In this document: positions 1 through 8,830 of the stretch, piece by piece
Layout of the letters: every line of letters starts with the position of its first letter
Numbering within the stretch: position 1 is the stretch's first letter
Source of the DNA: Acidobacteriota bacterium
Lineage (GTDB): Bacteria > Acidobacteriota > UBA6911 > RPQK01 > JAJDTT01
Assembly: GCA_965263035.1 (NCBI GenBank)
Contig: OZ253580.1
Coordinates: forward strand, 3,936,001 to 4,000,000
Length of the DNA: 64,000 nt
Reading direction: 5' to 3'
The notes under the pieces: generated by a model
Told to the model about the DNA's origin: nothing
The model's database searches: none
Seen by the model: only the letters and a program-made list of their open reading frames with translations
Program-made: the position numbers and the translations under genes

Positions 1-101
1 TCTTCGCGGTTTTTCACGACTTCGTCCAACAGCTTCAGACACTTCGTCTTGAACTCGGACGCCTCGACTACTCGAATGCCTGTAACGTTATGCCTACCCA
101 T
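1..101 (-). CDS. Phd/YefM-family type II antitoxin (3' part runs off the window)
   Basis: Manual translation from ATG at 101: MGRHNVTGIRVVEASEFKTKCLKLLDEVVKNRE, matching the Phd N-terminal motif ASEFKxKCLxLLDEV. Not in the ORF track. Confidence 0.75.
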   Translation of the reverse strand, partial: MGRHNVTGIRVVEASEFKTKCLKLLDEVVKNRE

Positions 102-294
102 CGAGTGTCCTCCGCGAAGGCGGCGGGCCGGAACTCCACGCACCGGTACGCCGCCGGTCCATGCTTCAGTCTATCTACATTCGGAATCCGGGAGTCCAGC
201 CGCCGTCTCAGGGAGTCCCGGGCCCGGAGGAAGGCCCAAGACTGGCCGTGGAGGTTCCGTCCTGGGTAAACTTGGCGCCGAATTGGAGGTATCG

Positions 295-1080
295 ATGGGT
301 CACTTGGTTACAGATCGTCTCGGTGAATTGCTGCAAGAGCATAAACATCTCTACGGCGTCCTGTGCCGGGACGCAACGCTGACCGACATCGAGTTGATGG
401 CGCAAGCCGGTTACCACCTGGTCTGGCTGGATCTGGAGCACTGTCCCCAGTCCATTCCCGAGCTGATCCGGCTCACCCGAAGCATCGAGCATCTGGGGAT
501 GGTGCCCCTGGTGCGGATCCCCGAGCTGTTGCGAACCAACGTTCAGCCGCTGGTGGATGGGGGCGTCCGGATCGTGACCCTGCCGGATGTCCGGACCGTC
601 GAACAGGCCGCCCGGCTGGTTCAACTGGGAAAGTTCCCGCCCCTGGGACAGCGGGGCGTTTCCTCCACCAGCGCCGGGATCGGCTTTCAGCTTGGCCCCG
701 ATCCGCTGGAAACCCTGCGCCGGGCCGACCGGACGGTTCGGATGATGGTCATGTTCGAGAGCGACGAGGGCTACGGGAATCTGGAAGAGATCGTCGGCCT
801 CGACGGAATCGACATTGTCTCCGTGGGCCCCGGGGACTGGGCCACCGGCCTGGGTCTCGGCGGCCGGGAGGCGAAAGACTACCTGACTCCCAAGATCGAG
901 CGCATCCTGCGGGTGACCCGGGACTCGGGCAAGATTTCGGTCATGTCTGCCTCCGGACCCGCCGATTGGCGGTACTATTCCGATCTTGGCGTCCGAATAT
1001 TCATCGTGGGTGTCGACGTGGCGCTGAAGCGCATGGCGCTGGTGAAGGCGCTGCGCCAGTATCAGGGCGGGGAGGTGTGA
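295..1080 (+). CDS. HpcH/HpaI aldolase family protein
   Basis: Motifs WLDLEH, LVRIP, KFPPLGQRG, MFES and VGPGD. GGAGGT RBS at 285-290 supports ATG 295. Confidence 0.85.
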   Translation: MGHLVTDRLGELLQEHKHLYGVLCRDATLTDIELMAQAGYHLVWLDLEHCPQSIPELIRLTRSIEHLGMVPLVRIPELLRTNVQPLVDGGVRIVTLPDVRTVEQAARLVQLGKFPPLGQRGVSSTSAGIGFQLGPDPLETLRRADRTVRMMVMFESDEGYGNLEEIVGLDGIDIVSVGPGDWATGLGLGGREAKDYLTPKIERILRVTRDSGKISVMSASGPADWRYYSDLGVRIFIVGVDVALKRMALVKALRQYQGGEV

Positions 1081-1832
1081 TGACGGTTCGACTCGAGTTT
1101 GTGGGGCATGCCTGCTTTCGTGTCTTGGAAGAGGGAAGGCCGACCCTGGTCCTGGACCCGTTCTCCCTGACCATCACCGGTCTGCCGGACGACGATCTGA
1201 GTCTGGACGGAGACATCGTGATCGTCAGCTCGCTGACCGATGATGCCCACGACAACGTCGCTCTGGTCAAAGGTGCGCCTCACGTGATCAATGCCCTTGA
1301 CGTGGCCAACGGCCGGGTGGAGGAGACCATCAACGGCCAGCCGGTGGCGGCGATTCCGGCGGCGGAGACGCCGGATCATCCCGACGGCCCCGAAGACAAC
1401 GCCCTCTACGCGTTCCGGGCGGGAGGCCTCTGGTTCGCGCACATGGGAGACGTGGGGTATGAACTGGGCCGGGAGGAGTTGGCGCCATGGAAAGGCCGGT
1501 GCGACGTGCTGATGGCGCTGGTGGGCGCGGGTTTCACGGTCCCGTTGGACGCCCTGGACCGGATGATCGATATCCTGCAGCCCACCTGGATCGTTCCCAT
1601 GCACTACGCTCTCCCGCCCTTCGGTTTCCGGGGAGTTCCCGGCGGCAACATGAGTCCGGTGGACGTCTTTCTGAATCGGCGGCCGCGCGACGCGGTCATC
1701 GTCGCCCGCCATCACACCATCTCGTTCCCGACGCAGCGCGCCTGTGACGCACGGCCCACCATCGTGGTCCTGGAGCCGTTGGGCTACCAAGCGACGGCCG
1801 GTCTTCCCGAATTCCGGGTCTCGCCCTATTGA
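1080..1832 (+). CDS. MBL-fold metallo-hydrolase (beta-lactamase superfamily)
   Basis: FVGHACFRV, LDPF, HMGDVG and IVPMHY. The HxHxDH motif is degenerate (SSLTDDAHD). Start overlaps the aldolase stop (TGATG). Confidence 0.75.
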   Translation: MTVRLEFVGHACFRVLEEGRPTLVLDPFSLTITGLPDDDLSLDGDIVIVSSLTDDAHDNVALVKGAPHVINALDVANGRVEETINGQPVAAIPAAETPDHPDGPEDNALYAFRAGGLWFAHMGDVGYELGREELAPWKGRCDVLMALVGAGFTVPLDALDRMIDILQPTWIVPMHYALPPFGFRGVPGGNMSPVDVFLNRRPRDAVIVARHHTISFPTQRACDARPTIVVLEPLGYQATAGLPEFRVSPY

Positions 1833-1865
1833 ATCCGGCGGTCGCGCGTCGCGCAGGCAAGAACA

Positions 1866-2060
1866 AGGGACGAGGAAGAGAAAAGCGCCGAGATCTTAGA
1901 GGATCGGCGAGACTATGGCGAGGACCGTTTCATCACCGTCGGCTTTCTCGACGAAGCGATGGTAGTCCTGGTCTGGACACCCCGAGCTGGCGCGTATCGG
2001 ATCACTAGCATGAGGAAAGCCAATGAACGCGAAAGGAAGCTCTATGCCCCGCGATTTTGA
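1866..2060 (+). pseudogene. brnT: BrnT-family toxin remnant (no start codon, probable internal deletion)
   Basis: Frame reads DEEEKSAEILE-DRRDYGEDRFITVGFLDEAMVVLVWTPRAGAYRITSMRKANERERKLY and overlaps brnA. Confidence 0.75.
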
Positions 2061-2280
2061 TCCAGACACCGCGCTGGACCTGTCCAGGGACGGCTGGCCG
2101 GAGAAGTTTTCCAAGACCGCTGTTCGCCGCGGGCGGCCACCCCTCGCCAGACCGAAAGTGTCCACCACCATCCGACTATCGCAGGATGTGATCGATCATT
2201 TCCGAGCCGGCGGACGCGGCTGGCAGACGCGGATTGACGAGGCCCTTCGTGAGTGGATCGGGAAACCCGACACGGCGTGA
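2023..2280 (+). CDS. brnA: BrnA-family antitoxin
   Basis: RGRPPLARPKVSTTIRLSQDVIDHFRAGGRGWQTRIDEALREW is the BrnA signature. Alternative start at 2044. Confidence 0.9.
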   Translation: MNAKGSSMPRDFDPDTALDLSRDGWPEKFSKTAVRRGRPPLARPKVSTTIRLSQDVIDHFRAGGRGWQTRIDEALREWIGKPDTA

Positions 2281-2344
2281 GAGGAAATGCCGACCCTGGT
2301 CCTGGATCCTTTCTCCCTGATCCACACCGAGGTGGCCGACGACG
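2281..2344 (+). repeat. Diverged copy of 1131-1194 (fragment of an MBL-hydrolase paralogue)
   Basis: 36/40 identity over the first 40 nt. Both copies encode PTLVLDPFSL. Confidence 0.75.
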
Positions 2345-2464
2345 GCTGGCCTTCCCGAGTTTAGTGTAACCTCCTATTGACGCCGGCGGAAGCAAGATTA
2401 CCCCAATATAATAATTATAGATATATAATTGCCATTCCTACATCTATAGTTCCACTAGCCACCC

Positions 2465-2719
2465 CTAAAACCTTTCTTCGGTTTGTTCCCGAAAAAATGT
2501 CTGTGCCTTGTTGATCTCGCTCATTATCTTATTGTCAGGCAAGTCTCCCCGAACAAAAATGAGCACTGACGCCGGCTCAGAATCATCAATATTCAAGTGC
2601 ATCGCCCAAAGGTTGAAAGCACACTTGTCTGTAGCAGTGCCGTAGCGACGTTTGAACAGCAGGTCTTGATTGGCTTTTCCGCGACGAATCAGAGCGTAGC
2701 AAAATGGATTCTTTTGCAT
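2465..2719 (-). CDS. Hypothetical protein or gene remnant in an AT-rich segment
   Basis: 84-aa ORF in markedly low-GC DNA next to the IS. No recognised motif. Confidence 0.3.
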   Translation of the reverse strand: MQKNPFCYALIRRGKANQDLLFKRRYGTATDKCAFNLWAMHLNIDDSEPASVLIFVRGDLPDNKIMSEINKAQTFFREQTEERF

Positions 2720-2744
2720 CTTTTGTATTCGGTTTTCCTATAAC

Positions 2745-4482
2745 CCCAGATTATTCATGGGACATGTTGATAAGGGCTTCCAACCCGGCGTTTTCGTGCG
2801 GTCGCAGCCCGGTTTCTCTTGAAGCTCTGTCGATTCGACTGAATCGGCTCGAAAACAGGACGATTGAACCAGTCATAAACCGTTTTCCGGCCAGGGGGAC
2901 CGTCACCCGCCGACAGGTTGACTTTCCGGTGAGAAATCCCCACCGTTTCGGTCCCTTCCACGGGCCCGTTTTCTCCTCCGTCCACTATCCCGGCGCCCAG
3001 GACACCCGCGCCAGTCTCTGCCACAACCGCTTCCAGTCCGTCGCCCCTTGACTGATGACGAAAATCAATCGCCTCCCCTGACGCAGCGCCCGACTCGCCA
3101 CTCGCAACACCCGCTCGCGAAAACGACGCAGACTCCAGCCCCGACGCGTCGCCTGCTCCATCAGCACCCGACCCAGGTGCAGGATCTCGTACCCCAGCAG
3201 ATTCAGCAGGAACCGGACTTCGTTGTGGGGTCGAACGCCGGCCTCCGTCCTCGCTTCCGGCTTGGCTTCCGACTTCAGCGGTTGGCCCCGATAGTGCGTC
3301 TTGGGCCGGCTCGCGGAGGACAAGGCCGGATCGAGCACGTCCATGAACTCCCCCATGTGGCCTTCCGCCTTCCCCCGCTTTCGATACTGTGCCAGCAACT
3401 CCTGAGCCTCGTATCGTTTCCGGCTCAGGCTCGTCAGCAACCAGAAATGATCCGGATACAACTCCCCCGGTCGCTCCCGCACCACCAGCACCACCCGGAG
3501 CGTCAACTTCAGCGCCTTTTTCCCCAGGTAGCTGGCTCCCGGAAAAATCTCCCCGTCGATCAGGTCCCCCGTCTCGGCACAACTCGCCACCAACCCGTGG
3601 TACATCCGCTGGCGATAGTATCCGTTCCATTCGCTTCCCGGGGGATGCCCATGGACCTCGACCGGGAGACCGTCCACGTCCAGGTACATCGTCTTTTTCC
3701 GTCTCTTCTTCCGTGGGGTCTTTTTCCCCCGTTTTCGCCGCTGGCCTTCGATCATCTCGATCCGACGGCACGCCAGCTCCGTCACCGCCTGGTGCAGGAC
3801 CGGAAGGTTCTCCTCCCGGCTGAGCGTGTCCAGCAGTCGGGACAAGGTCGGCTGCGACGCCAGCCCCTGGCCCTCCTCCAAGGCCGCCGTGCCCCGACGG
3901 GTCCGGCTCGCCACCCGCAAGCTCGGATCCTGACGCAGGCGGTCGGCGTCGGACTGGTCGCGCCAGCCCTGACCCAGCAGCAGGAGTCGAGTCCGCAGCA
4001 GATCCGACAGCGGATAGCGGATCGAACTCGGGTGTCGCGGATCGTGCAACCGCTCGGTCAACCAGTCGATGAGGCCGCTGCGCTCCATCAGCTCCCGTTG
4101 CACCAGGGCTCCCGTGTCCGCACTGAGCAACTCGGGGCGGGTCTCGAGGCGGAGGGATCGGTTGAATGAGGGCCGGATCTGCGGTATCGTCTCAGGCATG
4201 GCGTGCTCCGTTTATTGTGGTTGTTTCTTAGCACTATAATCATACCACAAATGACGGGCACGCCGTCTCTTTATGCCGCCCTTGGAGGGGACGAAAACCG
4301 TGGAAATGCTTGGGTTTCGGCCCCACTTGAATCCTGGGGTTAAACCGACGTTGAAAACAAATATAGCGTTTCACCCAGGTCGGATCCCATCCGTTTTCTG
4401 TGGGTATCCCGTAACCCTCTGATCCGACTCGACATGACGGGCACGCTTGCTCATTTTATGTTTGCGTGGTGAATAATCTGGG
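2745..4482 (-). mobile_element. IS1380-family element, non-autonomous and possibly chimeric
   Basis: Perfect 13-bp TIR CCCAGATTATTCA (2745-2757) / TGAATAATCTGGG (4470-4482). 5-bp TSD ATAAC at 2740-2744 and 4483-4487. Confidence 0.9.
2985..4199 (-). pseudogene. IS1380-family transposase with in-frame internal deletion
   Basis: LSADTG, LASQPTLSR, LDVDG...VHG and YRKRGKAE are present. The central RxDxxF block is missing, with the join LTLRV|VLVVRERPG near 3495. Confidence 0.8.
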
Positions 4483-4692
4483 ATAACTCATATTTCTTGC
4501 TTCGAGACAATTCGGATATTTATATAAGTTAATAGCTATCTATGTTTCCCCCGCCGCGGGGAGAAACAGGCGTGATGAAGCACGCACGCCTCCAGTCGCA
4601 ATAGATATGAAGATATAGATGTATAAATACATGGATAATGCTATTCGACGGCAGATAATAGGAATAAGATGTGTGTTTCCGGAGCCGTCGGG

Positions 4693-6057
4693 TTATCCGG
4701 GTGCGTAGGCTCCCCAGGGTTTCTTGTCCAGGACCCTTTCCAGAAAGCGGAGGGCGTTCGCGCCCAGAATCTTACGGATCTCTTCGTCGCTGAAGCCGCG
4801 GGTCACCAGGCCGACGGTCCAGTAAGGCCAGTTGGACCACTCCATGGGACGGGCTGAGTAATTGGGAACAAAGGTCAGGTCGGTCCCGATGCCGACGTGG
4901 TCGATCCCGGCCACCTTGACGGCGTGTTCCAGGTGCCGGGCGAACTGTTCGAAGGTCGCCGGCCGGGGCGGGTCGCTGTTCCACTTGGAACGTTTCGCCG
5001 GGTCCCCCTGCTCCCAGAGCCGGTGGTCCACGATGTAGATCCCGATGAGGCCGCCCTTGCCCGCCACCACCCGGAGGTAGTCGTCGTCCACGTTGCGCTG
5101 GTCGATGTCCCGGTAGACGGCGGAACAGGCGGTGTGACTGTTGATCACCGGCTCCACCGAGGTCTCGGCTGCATCCAACGCGGTCCGGCGGGCGGCGTGG
5201 GAGAGATCGACGGCGACCCCGAGTTGGTTCATCCGGCGCACCAGTTGACGGCCCTCCCGCGAAAGGCCCGGGTCGCGGTGCCAGAGCTGGTAGGCGTCCC
5301 AGCCCACGGCGTTGGAGTGGGTATGGGTGAGCTGGGCCATGCGCACTCCCAGGCCGTAGAACAGGTCCAGGTGCTCCACCGACTTTCCGGGCACCCAGAG
5401 GGCGTGGACGCCCTGGAGTTGGGAGAGGAGTCCCAGCTTTCCCTGGCTGCGGGCCTTGCGCAGATCCTTAGCGCCCGCGATCCGCACCACGTCGGGCAAG
5501 AGGCCGTAGGCCAGATTGGAGGTGGCCATCCAGCGCAGGCACTGATCGAAGGTGTAGTGTCCGGCGTTGTCCTCCACGGCCAGATCCACCCCCGTGAGCT
5601 GGTAAAGAGCCCTCCAGTCCTCTTGCCAGCCGTTTTCGAAGGCGGACTCCAGGGGTTTGTGCTCCCACCAGGTCCGGCGTACCAGACGGGAGGCCTCCCT
5701 GGGATCGACGCCTTCGGCTTCCAGCTCCTTCCGATTCCACTGGAGCATATGCTGGAGTCGTGGCCCCGGCTGCCCGATGGCGGCGGCGACGTAGACGGCG
5801 CCCATGAGATCGGCGACATAGGCGTCATGGTGGAGCTGTAGGCCGTGTTCCAGCTGTTTCGGGGTCGGCTTCAACTCGGCCAGGAGGGTTTCTCTTCCAG
5901 CCATGACCCGTGACCGGATCGGCTCTCTCAGCGACTTGCCGGTCAGAGCCTCGGGGGTGGGGGCGGCCCGGCGCGAGTAGATGTACGGCGCTGCGGCGAG
6001 TCCGCCGGCGAGCGTCCCCTGCAGGAGAGAACGCCTGGAAAACGGTTGTTGCTTCAT
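4693..6057 (-). CDS. Tat-exported membrane dipeptidase (peptidase M19) family protein
   Basis: Twin-arginine signal SRRSLLQG; QLTH, VDLSH, INSHT, DHVGIGTD and ILGANALR. Confidence 0.85.
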   Translation of the reverse strand: MKQQPFSRRSLLQGTLAGGLAAAPYIYSRRAAPTPEALTGKSLREPIRSRVMAGRETLLAELKPTPKQLEHGLQLHHDAYVADLMGAVYVAAAIGQPGPRLQHMLQWNRKELEAEGVDPREASRLVRRTWWEHKPLESAFENGWQEDWRALYQLTGVDLAVEDNAGHYTFDQCLRWMATSNLAYGLLPDVVRIAGAKDLRKARSQGKLGLLSQLQGVHALWVPGKSVEHLDLFYGLGVRMAQLTHTHSNAVGWDAYQLWHRDPGLSREGRQLVRRMNQLGVAVDLSHAARRTALDAAETSVEPVINSHTACSAVYRDIDQRNVDDDYLRVVAGKGGLIGIYIVDHRLWEQGDPAKRSKWNSDPPRPATFEQFARHLEHAVKVAGIDHVGIGTDLTFVPNYSARPMEWSNWPYWTVGLVTRGFSDEEIRKILGANALRFLERVLDKKPWGAYAPG

Positions 6058-6079
6058 GACCCGGTTCCTCGTTTGGACG

Positions 6080-7975
6080 TCACCTCTCGAATCGGCGAAA
6101 CCATCCCGATTCGGGATTGGATTCCATCGTGCCCCAACGGGATCGCCACCAGAAGTCCGCCCGCGACCCGGTGGGAGTGTCCACGTCTCGAACCATCAAG
6201 TTCAAGCGCAAGGTCCGCCAAGTGGCCCCGGCAATCCCGTCCATAGAGGCATGGGGGATGGCCACCTCCAGGGTATACCCGGCTGGGGTGGGTGAGCTCC
6301 AGGCCCGCAGGCCGTCGATGGGGTCCCGACCGCCGAACACGATGGCGGCTCCGGGCTGGGAGCCCGGGGCGAGGCGTACTGTACGGTCACGCCTCGTTCC
6401 GGTGGCCTCATCGGACTGGCCCGGGCCGCCACTGGCTTCGGCGGGACGGGGGTCCAGGTAGAGGACGACGCTGTCCCGGAGCGAAGACCGCCTGCCGGCC
6501 AAGTGGATCCGCCGATCGTCCTGCACTTCCACACCCAGATACAGGTAGGCCCGGTCTTGAACCAGGCCGAAGCGAACCCCGAGATCCTGAGGGCCGGTCC
6601 AGGTGGAGGCGTCTCCAGTCAGCTGCCGGGGCCGAGCCATGGAGACGGGAAGGGACGGCCAATCGTCGAGTCGTCCGTCCAGGGTCGGCGAGCCCCCGTC
6701 CCGGTGAGCGATGAGCGGCCGGTGCTCCGCCGCGGCGTAGATGGTTCGAGTCCAGGATACGGGTTCGTGGAGCTGATCCGGCCGGTAGGTGGTCCGCACT
6801 TCTGCCGCCAAAGCGTCCTCGGCGGTGGGTTGCCAGGACTCGGGCCAATTCAGCGTGACCTCCAGCCTCTCGTTGGAGCCGGGCTCCAGCGTCTTGACGA
6901 CGGCGTAGGGAGACGGTGTCAGATGCGGGTGGGCTTCCCAGCGGACACGGACCTCCAGCGGTATATCCGCCCGGTTCTCCAGCTCGAGCCAAGTCCGTCC
7001 GCGCCCGGGGGAATCGGTGGTGATGGTGTCGAGTCGAACCGCATGCTCGCCGCCGAGCCGATTCGTGAGGCGGGCCATGGACTCGGTCCGCACGTCCTCC
7101 CCCAGGATCCCGTCCAGCTTCAGGTTGGCCATCACCGGTCCGTCGGTGGTCATGGTAATCCAGCTGATGTGGTCGAAACGGCCGTGGGAGAGCCCGGAGA
7201 GGGGAGTGGCGCCGCCGGTCGTGGCCAGTTGGTAGTATTTGTACTGGGCGCGCTGGTAGCGGACGTAACGGTGGCGATGGCCGGCAAATACCGTGTGGGG
7301 CCGGCCGGCCAGGGCCTGTTCCACCGCTTCCCATCCCGATCCCTCCCGGTAGTCCCAAAGGGGTTTGTGGAGGAAGACCAGGGTCCAGCGGACCTGAGTG
7401 TTGGCTTCCAGGATCTGCCGCGCGAAGGCGGCTTGCTCGGGTCCGATCCGGCTGGGTGTCCCGTCTTCCGTATTCAGGCAGAGGAAGAGGACTCCCTTGT
7501 ATACGAAGTGGTAGTAGGTGGGGCCGAACCGCTTCGTCCATTCCCTCCGCGCCGTGTCGTCCCAGATGTCGTGATTGCCGGGCACGTAGAAGAACCGCAT
7601 CCGGAGGATGTCGACGGAGTCTCTGAATTGCGACCACTCGCGCTCGACCTGGTCCGGGTCGTCGGTCGCCCCCTCGATGAGATCCCCCACGCTGACGACG
7701 AACTCCGGCCTCAGATGGTTGATCTTGCGGAGGGCGCTGCGAAATACGCCCTCCCGGTGTCCGCCGGTGCGGTCGGAGACGATGATGAATTGGAAGTCGT
7801 CCGGGTTGTTCAGCAGACCCTTTCCGGTCCACGGCGTGGGCCCCTCGATCTCGGGGAAACGGGTCGGGTGCGTCCCGGAGTCCTGGCTCGGAGGGGTCCA
7901 GGCGGCCACCAGTCCCAGTCCCGAAACCACTCCCAGGATCAGCAATCGGCGGAAGGCGGTGTTTCCTGTCTTCAT
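6080..7975 (-). CDS. Secreted calcineurin-like metallophosphoesterase with C-terminal CBM9/DOMON-like domain
   Basis: Signal peptide; SDRTG, VGDLIEG, PGNHD, FLHKP, AGHRH. C-terminal LDGRLDDW...YLYLGVEVQDD...YTLEVAIP. Confidence 0.8.
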   Translation of the reverse strand: MKTGNTAFRRLLILGVVSGLGLVAAWTPPSQDSGTHPTRFPEIEGPTPWTGKGLLNNPDDFQFIIVSDRTGGHREGVFRSALRKINHLRPEFVVSVGDLIEGATDDPDQVEREWSQFRDSVDILRMRFFYVPGNHDIWDDTARREWTKRFGPTYYHFVYKGVLFLCLNTEDGTPSRIGPEQAAFARQILEANTQVRWTLVFLHKPLWDYREGSGWEAVEQALAGRPHTVFAGHRHRYVRYQRAQYKYYQLATTGGATPLSGLSHGRFDHISWITMTTDGPVMANLKLDGILGEDVRTESMARLTNRLGGEHAVRLDTITTDSPGRGRTWLELENRADIPLEVRVRWEAHPHLTPSPYAVVKTLEPGSNERLEVTLNWPESWQPTAEDALAAEVRTTYRPDQLHEPVSWTRTIYAAAEHRPLIAHRDGGSPTLDGRLDDWPSLPVSMARPRQLTGDASTWTGPQDLGVRFGLVQDRAYLYLGVEVQDDRRIHLAGRRSSLRDSVVLYLDPRPAEASGGPGQSDEATGTRRDRTVRLAPGSQPGAAIVFGGRDPIDGLRAWSSPTPAGYTLEVAIPHASMDGIAGATWRTLRLNLMVRDVDTPTGSRADFWWRSRWGTMESNPESGWFRRFER

Positions 7976-8109
7976 GAGTCCATTCTATGCGGCTACCTGA
8001 GACTTCGTCACGAACGGGAGATGAGAAAAAGGCGAAAAATGAGGGTTCGGCGGCTGGAAAACCGGCGCCTCCGGGTCTTCTGGTGGCAACTCGCGGCGGG
8101 ACAGGAAAA

Positions 8110-8186
<77 letters not shown>

Positions 8187-8200
8187 TTGCAGGACGGTGA

Positions 8201-8230
8201 ATTATAGCTCAGGCCGGAAACGGCTGGCAA
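8201..8230 (-). promoter_or_regulatory. Putative sigma70 promoter of tRNA-Ile
   Basis: TTGCCA (8230-8225), 18 nt spacer, TATAAT (8206-8201), 14 nt upstream of the tRNA. Confidence 0.6.
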
Positions 8231-8277
8231 ACGAGCCGGTGACCACGACGCCCTCGCTCCTTTTCCAGGACGCGGGA

Positions 8278-8301
8278 GGCGCCCACAAGGGGCGCCCCTA
8301 C
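8278..8301 (-). repeat. GTAG-type REP-like palindrome
   Basis: Reverse complement GTAGGGGCGCCCCTTGTGGGCGCC: GTAG foot followed by a GC-rich hairpin. Confidence 0.6.
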
Positions 8302-8365
8302 GGTTTTCGATCTGGCACCGGCGGGGCGGGTAGCGCAGAGCTGTTCCCTCGGGGCTGCTGCTAGA

Positions 8366-8830
8366 ATGAAGCCCGTGGCCAGGAACGTGGGGACCGAGAT
8401 ACCGGACCGGATCGTCGCCGAGATCCGAAGAGATCCTCCGATCCCGGAGGCGATTCCACTCGTCAGCGTGGACCCGGAGGGGTTCCCGCATGTCGCCCTC
8501 CTGTCCTACTACGAACTCTTTCTCCAGGACGGGATCCTCGGATTTTTCGTCCACCACGGAAGCCGTTCGGGACGCTTCCTCAAGACCGGGCGCCGCTGTA
8601 CCCTCCTCTTCGTGAACCCGGACTTCGTCATTTACGTCAAGGGACGGGCTCATTGGAGAGGGGATCGTGAGTCCTGCTCCGTATTTCAGCTCCAGGTGGA
8701 GGCCGTGCTGGAGGACTCTCCTCTGCCGGAGGAGGGAGATGTAGTCCTGAAATCCGGGATCCGGTTCGGAGCCGGCGAAACGTCGTTCGAGAGCCGAGCC
8801 CGGCTGCGGCGGAGGATGATATGGCACTAG
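8366..8830 (+). CDS. Pyridoxamine 5'-phosphate oxidase-like (FMN-binding split barrel) protein
   Basis: LVSVDPEGFPHVALLS...SRSGRFL...YVKG pattern. True start may be GTG 8375. Confidence 0.7.
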   Translation: MKPVARNVGTEIPDRIVAEIRRDPPIPEAIPLVSVDPEGFPHVALLSYYELFLQDGILGFFVHHGSRSGRFLKTGRRCTLLFVNPDFVIYVKGRAHWRGDRESCSVFQLQVEAVLEDSPLPEEGDVVLKSGIRFGAGETSFESRARLRRRMIWH

